A stretch of 24,000 bases of DNA from assembly GCF_036327005.1 (NCBI RefSeq), contig NZ_JAUGZK010000004.1, forward strand, positions 324,170-348,169, given 5' to 3'. Shown piece by piece: positions 9,171 to 16,592 of the stretch (its first letter is position 1; the number at the start of each line of letters is the position of its first letter). Origin of the DNA: Alkalimonas mucilaginosa. GTDB lineage: Bacteria > Pseudomonadota > Gammaproteobacteria > Enterobacterales > Alteromonadaceae. The position numbers and the translations under genes are program-made. Under the pieces are notes generated by a model. The model did not search any database. It had not been told where the DNA came from and saw only the letters and a program-made list of their open reading frames with translations.

Positions 9171-9872
9171 CTAAAGGGTGGTCACCCAATCTGGCAGGTA
9201 CTCAATGGCCCACAGCTCCATCACCTTATCAAAACCGGTGAAGATCATCAGGGCTATCAGCAGCAGGGCATAACCCAGCAACAGTCGCCCAACTTTGCCG
9301 GAGGCGCGCAGGGTGTTCAGTCGGGTACCGGCGGCGTACCCCAGACCCACCAATGGCAAAGCGGTACCAAGGCCAAATGCCAGCATCACGCTAAACGACA
9401 TCATCAGGCTTTCCCCGGTTGAAGCCAGAGCGATAGCGGCACCCAGGGTAGGGCCTACGCACGGCAACCAGACCAGACCCAAAGAGCCACCGATCACAAA
9501 CTGAAAGGCTGGGCGGTCTGAGGAGTCTGCCAACTGGCCGCCAGCAGGCAACCGGCTGGTCAGGCGTGACAACAGCAGACTAAATTGCTGATTCAGCCAG
9601 CCAACCACCAGCACCAGCCCCATCAACAACATAAAGACTGCGGCAAAGGTACGCATAATATCGGGCGATAAACCGGCGCTGAGCAGCAGGTAGGTCAGCA
9701 AGGAGCCCCCCAGTGCAAAGGTAAAGGCCAAACCTGCCGCTAAAAACCAGACGCCGGTTTTGGATGCCCGCATGGCCGATGCCGTCACCGCCGGTATCAT
9801 CGGCAGAACGCAAGGTGATAACAGGCTCAGCACGCCTGCTATCAGTGCCAGTGGGATGGCGGTAAACTCCAT
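9171..9872 (-). CDS. Cytochrome c biogenesis CcdA / DsbD-beta-family transmembrane thiol-disulfide electron transporter
   Basis: 6-TM protein with 'LSPCVLPMIP' and a second conserved Cys in 'LPCVGP'. Its start lies 2 nt after the stop of the upstream thioredoxin gene. Confidence 0.85.
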   Translation of the reverse strand: MEFTAIPLALIAGVLSLLSPCVLPMIPAVTASAMRASKTGVWFLAAGLAFTFALGGSLLTYLLLSAGLSPDIMRTFAAVFMLLMGLVLVVGWLNQQFSLLLSRLTSRLPAGGQLADSSDRPAFQFVIGGSLGLVWLPCVGPTLGAAIALASTGESLMMSFSVMLAFGLGTALPLVGLGYAAGTRLNTLRASGKVGRLLLGYALLLIALMIFTGFDKVMELWAIEYLPDWVTTL

Positions 9873-9874
9873 AA

Positions 9875-10306
9875 TCAGTCAGCGCCCTGGTCGTGTTTTT
9901 TCAGTTCGGCAAAGATGGTACTTTCACGGGTTTGGGCCACACTAAACCAGAGCTGCTCTTCACCACGATACAGCGCCAAGGTCGACTGACGTGGCGCCTT
10001 GAAGTAACTGACCCAGTCTTTCTGGTTATCAAAATCTACTTGCAGCACCAGGATGTCGCTGTTGGGGTTTTGGGCAAAATAGTCATTCAATACGGTGTGC
10101 TGACGGCGACAGGTCGGGCACCAGGGGGCATACACATCGATCAAAATCAGCCGGTTTTCGGCTTGGGCATGCCGAAACGCGGTTTCGGTAAAGGCCATCT
10201 TGTGTTTGGCCAGGTACTCGCTGGACGCACTGGCAGGGGCTAGCAGCATAAATGCCGCTACAGCCAGGGCAAGGACTGAGATAACAACAGTAGTGATGAT
10301 TTTCAT
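9875..10306 (-). CDS. Periplasmic thioredoxin-family protein
   Basis: Signal peptide 'MKIITTVVISVLALAVAAFMLLAPASA'. Active site 'WCPTC'. Thioredoxin-fold length. Confidence 0.85.
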   Translation of the reverse strand: MKIITTVVISVLALAVAAFMLLAPASASSEYLAKHKMAFTETAFRHAQAENRLILIDVYAPWCPTCRRQHTVLNDYFAQNPNSDILVLQVDFDNQKDWVSYFKAPRQSTLALYRGEEQLWFSVAQTRESTIFAELKKHDQGAD

Positions 10307-10427
10307 AGTGAACCTCGTTACATGAATGGATGAAAGCCACTTCAGTGTAAAGAGGTGATAAAGGGTTCACATCAGCGAATACAACGGCGCAATCAACCAA
10401 AACACCGTATCGGAATTTTACTGCGGA

Positions 10428-11348
10428 TTAATGATGCAAGGCTCTGAACTCTCCGGGGGAGAGTGTCTCATGCTGCTTAAAAAATCGAATAAAGGCGGTG
10501 GCAGATTGATAGCCGATTTGTTCTGCTATGAGTTCCATGCTCAATTCGCTGTGGATCAACAGATAACGGCAGCGCTGCAGTCGCAGCTCATCCAGCAAGG
10601 ATTTGGCCGTCATAGCCATCACTTTATGGCAGCGCTCGGCAAAGGCGCTTTTGGACAGAAATGCCAGTGCGGCCATGTTCTCTACCGTCCAGTCAGCACC
10701 CGGCTCGTCCATGATGGCCAGTACCACCCGGCGTAGCGCCGGATCTTTTAGTGCCGCCAGCAGGCCTTGTTGCATGCTGTCGTCACTGAGCACCTGGCGC
10801 AGCAAGTGCAACACCACCACATCGCTCAAGCGACTGATAGCAGCCTGATAACCAGGCTGACGGGCTTGGGCTTCCTGCCGGATCAGCTGAATTAATGGAC
10901 TTAACCGGCCGGATTGCTGGTTGGCAGGCAGATGAATGTAGTCCGGCATCACCTGAAACAGATTGGCGGTGAGTGGTGATTCGACCGCAATGTCGTAGCA
11001 GACCAGACCACGCTCCAGGTGGTCAGGCACACAAAAGTTGGCGAAGTCGACTTCGCTGGTGTGTTCGTTGACCGGCTCGTCACTAAGCCAATGCCGGAAA
11101 CTGTGGCTGAAAAAAATGGCATCGCCGGCTTCCAATTGCACTTGCTGATGCAGTCGGCCCGGAATTGCCATCCAAACCCGGCCTTGCGTCACCACATGCA
11201 GGGCCGCTTTGCTTGATTTATTAGCCAGCATATTCCAGTGACCACAAAATCCGGACTCAAAATGCAGCTCAGAGCCAAAAGCGAGCTGCGATAACAATTG
11301 CTCAAGTGCTTCCGGTGTTTCGGTCGATGGGTCTGGTGCTTTTGTCAT
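10428..11348 (-). CDS. AraC-family transcriptional regulator with N-terminal cupin-type domain
   Basis: C-terminal double HTH ('...MENMAALAFLSKSAFAERCHKV...', '...IAEQIGYQSATAFIRFFKQHETLSPGEFR'). The N-terminal half has a cupin-like 'GDAIFFSHSFRHWL'. It is divergent from the 11440-14388 operon. Confidence 0.85.
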   Translation of the reverse strand: MTKAPDPSTETPEALEQLLSQLAFGSELHFESGFCGHWNMLANKSSKAALHVVTQGRVWMAIPGRLHQQVQLEAGDAIFFSHSFRHWLSDEPVNEHTSEVDFANFCVPDHLERGLVCYDIAVESPLTANLFQVMPDYIHLPANQQSGRLSPLIQLIRQEAQARQPGYQAAISRLSDVVVLHLLRQVLSDDSMQQGLLAALKDPALRRVVLAIMDEPGADWTVENMAALAFLSKSAFAERCHKVMAMTAKSLLDELRLQRCRYLLIHSELSMELIAEQIGYQSATAFIRFFKQHETLSPGEFRALHH

Positions 11349-11439
11349 TGTTGTCTTAGAGAAATAAAACTATGGTAGTAGTGATAGGACACAGAGCCAA
11401 GTGCTTTATTGTAAGCTACACCAACTGGATACAGAATGC

Positions 11440-11931
11440 ATGTTGATTATTAAACAAAACCTGCACCAATTGGATTTGCTGGGTATCATTCTACGGCAGG
11501 TGCAGCCTGAACATTACCGGCAGGTCAAAGACTGGCCCGGTGAGCCTTCAGTCGGTAAGCATATCCGTCATGTGCTGGACCATTATCAGCAGCTGTGGCT
11601 GGCATCCGACAGTCATCAGCTGGATTACCGGCTGCGGCTGCGCGATGAAGGCGCACAAAACGATCCGCGAAAAGCGCTGCACTGGATAGAGCGCTTGCAA
11701 ACCTGGCTGCAGTGCCTGGAAGCCGATGAGCTGGATGCCCGGCTGAGCTACCAATTTGCCGAAGGCACCACCTACACCAGCTTGCAACGCGAACTGGATT
11801 TTGTTGCCAGTCATGCGGTGCATCATCTGGCCTTGATCCATGCATTGCTGGAACCCTGGGGCTACAGCTGGCCCGCAGAAGCCGGCGTACACAGCTCGAC
11901 CCGAGAGTATCACAAACGATGTGCACCCTAA
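11440..11931 (+). CDS. DinB-family (DinB_2 / YfiT-like four-helix metal-binding) protein
   Basis: His-rich helix motifs 'GKHIRHVLDHYQQL' and 'ASHAVHHLALIHALL'. The ORF opens at GTG 11401; ATG 11440 gives a typical family N-terminus. Its 3' end overlaps the next gene by 13 nt. Confidence 0.6.
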   Translation: MLIIKQNLHQLDLLGIILRQVQPEHYRQVKDWPGEPSVGKHIRHVLDHYQQLWLASDSHQLDYRLRLRDEGAQNDPRKALHWIERLQTWLQCLEADELDARLSYQFAEGTTYTSLQRELDFVASHAVHHLALIHALLEPWGYSWPAEAGVHSSTREYHKRCAP

Positions 11932-13529
11932 GCTGGTGGTACCAGCAAGGACAGCTGCATATCCTGTTCAACCGGGATGAGCGAAAAAACCGCGCCCGGG
12001 CGCATGCACCCCAGCGTATTAGCCGGCAAGGTGTGGACGCCATCATGCCCATCGATCCAGACGGTGGTGGCAGCTGGGTGGCCGCCAACGACCAGGGCCA
12101 GGTCTTTTGCCTGCTCAACGATTATGCCGCCGCTTATCAGCCGGCACCTGGCATTCGCCGCAGTCGGGGATTGCTGCTAAAGGCACTGGCGCACAGCCTT
12201 GATTGGCAGGCGCTGGATGCTATGTTGCAGCCAGAGCAACTAGGCTGCTATGCACCTTTTCGCTTGCTGCTCTTTGTTGGGCAACAGGAGCCGCTGCTGT
12301 GGCATTGGGATGGCAGCCAGCTTCGCCAGCAGCTGGCACCAAGCTCGCCTTTATCCAGCTCCAGTGCTTTATCCGGGCTGATCCCAAGGCTCAGAGCCTG
12401 GCACTGGCAACGGGTAATGGCCCGCTCACCGTCACTGCAAACCCTGCAGCGATTGCATCGTAAAGCCGCACCTTTCGGCGCTTTTAGCGGCATCGCCATG
12501 CAGCGCAGCCTGGTGCAAACGGTCAGCATCACGCAATTGACCATTAAAGCGGGTAGCATCTGCATGCAGTATTGGGATGGACATCCGTCCATGCATCAGG
12601 CCGGTGACAGCCACAGTCTGGAGCTGCCACTGCGTAAGCAGTTGCTGGCAGAACGCTCCTTTAGCAGCCGGTTGGATGTAGAGGCTTTGTTTCGCCGTTA
12701 CAGCCCGGCGCTGGCTGACCAGCTCACCGGTTGGCAGTGGGCTTTATTGCGCTGGCTGTTGGCGGAAAAACCATTCAATCAGGGGCTGCAGCCTCTGAAT
12801 CAGCAGCCAGCCGAGCGATTTTTCGATGTGGCGCTGCAGTGCCTTCGGCTTCGCCCGGACATCATTGCCTGCCGCTGGCCTGTGAGCAGCAGTCGGCCGG
12901 TGTTTGTCTGCAATCACCCCACCGGCGGCATCGATGGTTTGCTGCTGATCAGTGTGTTGCAAAAGCGCTATCCAAATTTGCAGGTACTGGCCAACGAAGC
13001 GCTGACCGAAGTGCAGCAGCTGGCCGGGCGCATGGTGCCGATCCCGGTATTTGCTAAGCCTAAAGATGCGCTGCCATGGGTGCAGGCTGCTTTTGCCAGC
13101 GACGCACCCCTGTTGATTTTTCCGGCTGGTCGTACCGCCAGAAAGGGCGGCAAAGGTCAGTTGGACGATGGCAACTGGGCCAAATTGACGGTGACATTGG
13201 CCAGGCGGCAGCAGCGCAGCCTGACAGTGCTGCATCTGCAAAGTCAGAATTCGACTTGGTTCTATACGTTGGCCTGGCTGCGCACCAGACTGGGCATCCA
13301 GGCCAATCTGGAAATGCTGTTGCTGGTGCGGGAAATGCTAAAGCCCGCCAATCGTACACCACGACTGTATGTCGATATTCCGATGCATGCCGTTGAGCTG
13401 GACGCTCTGGCCGATACCGATCGGCAGCGTATCGCCTGGTTGAAACGCCGTTGCTATCAACTACCCACTATTTATCAGGAGGAACCCGATGCCGATGGTA
13501 AGCCCAGTTGCAGCCGCCGAGCCGGCTGA
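11919..13529 (+). CDS. Fusion protein: N-terminal NRDE/TANGO2 (DUF833)-like domain + C-terminal lysophospholipid (PlsC/OlsA/GlsA-type) acyltransferase domain
   Basis: A single uninterrupted 536-aa frame. It begins 'MCTLSWW..LHILFNRDER', which shows the Met-Cys N-terminus and the NRDE signature. The C-terminal half has 'VFVCNHPTGGIDGLLL' (acyltransferase His/Asp block) and 'LLIFPAGRTARKG' (FPEGTR-like block). Confidence 0.7.
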   Translation: MCTLSWWYQQGQLHILFNRDERKNRARAHAPQRISRQGVDAIMPIDPDGGGSWVAANDQGQVFCLLNDYAAAYQPAPGIRRSRGLLLKALAHSLDWQALDAMLQPEQLGCYAPFRLLLFVGQQEPLLWHWDGSQLRQQLAPSSPLSSSSALSGLIPRLRAWHWQRVMARSPSLQTLQRLHRKAAPFGAFSGIAMQRSLVQTVSITQLTIKAGSICMQYWDGHPSMHQAGDSHSLELPLRKQLLAERSFSSRLDVEALFRRYSPALADQLTGWQWALLRWLLAEKPFNQGLQPLNQQPAERFFDVALQCLRLRPDIIACRWPVSSSRPVFVCNHPTGGIDGLLLISVLQKRYPNLQVLANEALTEVQQLAGRMVPIPVFAKPKDALPWVQAAFASDAPLLIFPAGRTARKGGKGQLDDGNWAKLTVTLARRQQRSLTVLHLQSQNSTWFYTLAWLRTRLGIQANLEMLLLVREMLKPANRTPRLYVDIPMHAVELDALADTDRQRIAWLKRRCYQLPTIYQEEPDADGKPSCSRRAG

Positions 13530-14388
13530 GTTGATTGCACAGGAGCTGGCACAGTTAAAGCCGATTGCCAGCGTTCGCGGTTTGCTGGTATTCAGCGCTC
13601 AGGCTGCCAGCATGCCAGTGACCATGCTGGAAATTGGCCGTTTGCGCGAATTGATGTTTCGCAGTGCCGGCGCCGGCCGTAACCTAGCGCGGGATCTGGA
13701 TGCTCTGGATTATGGCGAGCATGCCTATCACCAGTTGCTGGTGTGGGATCCGGCCAGGTTGGAGTTGGTGGCCATTTACCGCTACCAGTTAGGCTGGCAA
13801 GCAGCTCAGCATGGCCATGCCTTGCTGCGTACCAGCCAGCTGTTTGATTACAGCAAGGCTTTTTGCAGCCAGGTGTTGCCCTATGGCATTGAGCTGGGCC
13901 GCTCGGTGGTCAATACCAGTGCTAAGGCCCGTACCCTGGGTTTCTTTGCGTTATGGGCCGGGCTGGGAGCCTTGGCCCGCATCCACCCGCAGCTGCAGTA
14001 CTTTTTTGGCAATGTTTCGCTCTATCAAAGCCTGGGCCAGCAAGCCATTGCCTGCATGGTGCAGTTTTGCCAGCAGCTGTATACTCCGACGCAGCCGATG
14101 ATGATGGCAAAAAACGGTCTGAATTACGCAACAGCACACACGCTGGAGTGTCGCGGCTGGGTAGAGTTGGGCCCAGACGGGCGTATCCGGCAGTTGCAGC
14201 AACTGCTCAAACCCTATGGTTGCCGTCTGCCGCCCATTTTGCAGTCGTATTTAAGTGTGGGCAACGGTATCTGGTTTGACGATGCCGCCTTGGATGAGGA
14301 TTTTGGCCTGGCCTATGAGCTTAGCATCATCGTGCCACTGACCGCAGTCAGCGGGGCTATCCGGCAGCGCTTTTTGCGCGAAGCCTAG
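13489..14388 (+). CDS. GNAT-fold N-acyltransferase of the OlsB / N-acyl amino acid synthase (Acetyltransf_5) type
   Basis: 'GRLRELMFRSAGAG...DLDALDYGEHAYHQLLVWDPARLELVAIYRY' resembles the conserved OlsB-family block. AGGAGGA (13476-13482) lies 6 nt before the ATG. It overlaps the upstream gene by 41 nt. Confidence 0.7.
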   Translation: MPMVSPVAAAEPAELIAQELAQLKPIASVRGLLVFSAQAASMPVTMLEIGRLRELMFRSAGAGRNLARDLDALDYGEHAYHQLLVWDPARLELVAIYRYQLGWQAAQHGHALLRTSQLFDYSKAFCSQVLPYGIELGRSVVNTSAKARTLGFFALWAGLGALARIHPQLQYFFGNVSLYQSLGQQAIACMVQFCQQLYTPTQPMMMAKNGLNYATAHTLECRGWVELGPDGRIRQLQQLLKPYGCRLPPILQSYLSVGNGIWFDDAALDEDFGLAYELSIIVPLTAVSGAIRQRFLREA

Positions 14389-14394
14389 CCTTTC

Positions 14395-14997
14395 TTAAGG
14401 CTTGCTGCTGCCATTCGAGCCCAGGCCGCCGCTTAACACCAGCTGCAGCGCTTCGGCTGGTTTCATCTCCAGATTGCGGGTGCAGCTGCGCGGTACGATG
14501 ATGGTGTAACCGCCGACGTTGTAGGCCATTGGGATAAACACTGCCAGTTGTTCGTCATTCATTAAAGAGGACATGCGATCGCCATCAAGGCCACCTTTTT
14601 TGGTGACGATACCAATTAGTTCTATATCTGTGCCCGGCAGTTTGACCATCACCACCGACTCATCGGCAAAGTTTTTGCCCGACATCACATCCATTAAATC
14701 CTGCAGCATGCCGTAGATTTGCTTGGTACCCGGCAGTTTGAGCAGCAGCTTGCCGGGCAACTGCCACAACCAGTCAAAACCGCGCCAGCGGGCGCTAAAG
14801 CCAATCACCACACACAGCAGCACAAAGGCGGCAATCGCCATGCCTGGCAGATACCAGCTCGGCGGTAACACCAGCTCCAGCAGCGGGGCCAGCCTGGACT
14901 CAATGGTCACCAGCAACCAGCGGATCAGCTCGATGGTAATGACAATGGGCAGAATAATGGCCAGGCCTTTAGCCAGGCTTTTAGCGATAATTTTCAT
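14395..14997 (-). CDS. DUF502-family membrane protein
   Basis: 'MKIIAKSLAKGLAIILPIVITIELIRWL', a second TM segment, then 'VVMVKLPGTD..IGIVT' and 'VFIPMAYNVGGYTIIVP' are typical of DUF502. The ORF extends to 15036, but ATG 14997 fits the family N-terminus. Confidence 0.65.
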   Translation of the reverse strand: MKIIAKSLAKGLAIILPIVITIELIRWLLVTIESRLAPLLELVLPPSWYLPGMAIAAFVLLCVVIGFSARWRGFDWLWQLPGKLLLKLPGTKQIYGMLQDLMDVMSGKNFADESVVMVKLPGTDIELIGIVTKKGGLDGDRMSSLMNDEQLAVFIPMAYNVGGYTIIVPRSCTRNLEMKPAEALQLVLSGGLGSNGSSKP

Positions 14998-15224
14998 AGG
15001 GTATTCACGGTTGAAAACGAAACTACTGAGCAGCATACCAGCTGAACAGGCGCTAAAGCGAGCAGACTAAGCTCTTTTGTACGCACATATCCCTCCTGCA
15101 CTTTATGAGCTTTAACAGGGCCTACCTACTATGTCGACATCAATTTTTGTGGCGTTGGTTTGCTACTGGTGCTATTGATATAACACGACTGCTAAAAACC
15201 ATAACAAAAACCGGAAAACTTGAA

Positions 15225-16526
15225 ATGACGTACAGGTTTACTGGCTCCCCAGTGTTGAGCTATCTGGGGACGACAAAAGAAGCGAAAAGAACTCACATAC
15301 CAAACTTTCTAGCCGAAGATGAATTAATTAAGCACCTGATTGCTTATGAGCCGATGTTTACGAGTTTACGCGGTAGTTTACGATGGGATCTCAGCAGTTG
15401 CTCAATAGTTACAGCCGATTTGGCAGTATTCAACGCTGCTATCGATGATCTGTTGTTAAGCATACTGAATCACTGTGTGTCACCGATTGTTGTGGTGACT
15501 GCACAAGCCAATGAAAACAGTTTAAAGGTTGTTTTTAAGGTTACTTCTGGAGTTCGAGCTAAAGCATTCTCGGATACTGATTTTCAACAAATCCGAAAGC
15601 TTATGCGCTCTTTAAATGCAGATGCCAGCCTAGCTGAATCTGAGGCTTTCCTGACCATTGAAATCACTTTGTCAGCTAAACAGCGCTTGGTTAATGGAGA
15701 GCACCCTGCGGAGCGGCAAATTACCCAATTTAACCTTCACGAATTGGCCAGACTTAATAATGATGCAGATAATTTTAATCCACTGGTTTTAATCGTCGAG
15801 CCTAATGATGAGCTTAGACGGTTTCTTGTAAGATTACTGCAACCAGATTACCGGGTGCTAGAAGCCATAACAGGCAAGCAAGCATTTGAGATAGCCTGCA
15901 ATGACATTCCAGATTTAATTGTTACCGATGTATTGTTGCAAGAGCTTGATGGTTTAAGCCTGCTCAAAGAATTATCAGCTCAGGAGAGTACCAGCCATAT
16001 TCCTGTAATGTTTTTATCTGGAATTAAAGCCAGTGAAGCCAAAATTGATGCATTACAGCTAGGGGCAGTTGATTATTTGACCAAACCCTTTATTGCGGCA
16101 GAATTACTGTTGAAAATTCGTAATGTGGTACAGACGCGTTACAGGGTCGTTTTGAGCAATGGCGGGAGGTTACCATTAGACCGTTTAAAAAATGCATTAC
16201 CAGAGCGTGAGTTAGAGTTTCTCACCAGACTGGAGCGCCTTGTTGCGCTTCTTTTCGCAGATCCCGAGCTGGATACAGCTTCACTGGCAACACATCTTGC
16301 AATGAGTGATCGGCAATTGCAGCGCAAGGTCAAAGCGCTGCTGCACCAAACACCGGTTGAGTATATTCGTGAGTACCGACTGCATCGGGCTAAAGAGCAT
16401 TTGTTGAAGGGGAAACCTGTTGCCTTGGTATCGGATTTAGTTGGTTTTGCATCTCCAAGCCACTTTAGTAAATGTTTCAAGTTGGCTTTTCAGCAGACAC
16501 CATCAGAGTTCGCCCAGTCGCTTTAG
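15225..16526 (+). CDS. Orphan response regulator: degenerate HATPase-like N-domain + REC + AraC-type HTH output
   Basis: The REC domain has 'LVLIVEPNDE', 'DLIVTDVLLQELDG', 'VMFLSG' and 'DYLTKPF'. The C-terminal AraC HTH has 'DRQLQRKVKALLHQTPVEYIREYRL...FASPSHFSKCFKLAFQQTPSEF'. The ORF opens at 15105, but residues 1-40 look non-protein-like, so ATG 15225 is preferred; the start is uncertain. Confidence 0.8.
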   Translation: MTYRFTGSPVLSYLGTTKEAKRTHIPNFLAEDELIKHLIAYEPMFTSLRGSLRWDLSSCSIVTADLAVFNAAIDDLLLSILNHCVSPIVVVTAQANENSLKVVFKVTSGVRAKAFSDTDFQQIRKLMRSLNADASLAESEAFLTIEITLSAKQRLVNGEHPAERQITQFNLHELARLNNDADNFNPLVLIVEPNDELRRFLVRLLQPDYRVLEAITGKQAFEIACNDIPDLIVTDVLLQELDGLSLLKELSAQESTSHIPVMFLSGIKASEAKIDALQLGAVDYLTKPFIAAELLLKIRNVVQTRYRVVLSNGGRLPLDRLKNALPERELEFLTRLERLVALLFADPELDTASLATHLAMSDRQLQRKVKALLHQTPVEYIREYRLHRAKEHLLKGKPVALVSDLVGFASPSHFSKCFKLAFQQTPSEFAQSL

Positions 16527-16552
16527 TAAGAATGATAGTTATTTAAAATGAG

Positions 16553-16582
16553 CGAACTGGAAGGGTAAAAACTTCCAGTTCG
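16553..16582. terminator. Hairpin between convergent regulator and lipoprotein genes
   Basis: cgaactggaag-ggtaaaaa-cttccagttcg is a perfect 11-bp stem. There is no strong U-tract on either side. Confidence 0.45.
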
Positions 16583-16592
16583 TACCAGAGTA

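Noticed and set aside
14386-14397. Convergent stop codons of the N-acyltransferase and DUF502 genes only 6 nt apart, with no terminator
   Set aside because: Close convergent gene ends are common in compact bacterial genomes. There is no structure to annotate.
15038-15047. 'ccagctgaac' at the left border of the AT-rich islet resembles 'ccagctggac' inside the tRNA 3' half (19662-19671); possible att remnant
   Set aside because: It is only a 9/10 match with no extension on either side, which is well within chance expectation for a 24-kb window. It is not evidence for an att site.
15105-15224. First 40 codons of the response-regulator ORF (MSFNRAYLLCRHQFLWRWF...)
   Set aside because: The composition is Trp/Cys-rich and unlike protein, and there is no SD. 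ATG 15225 is preferred, but this remains uncertain.
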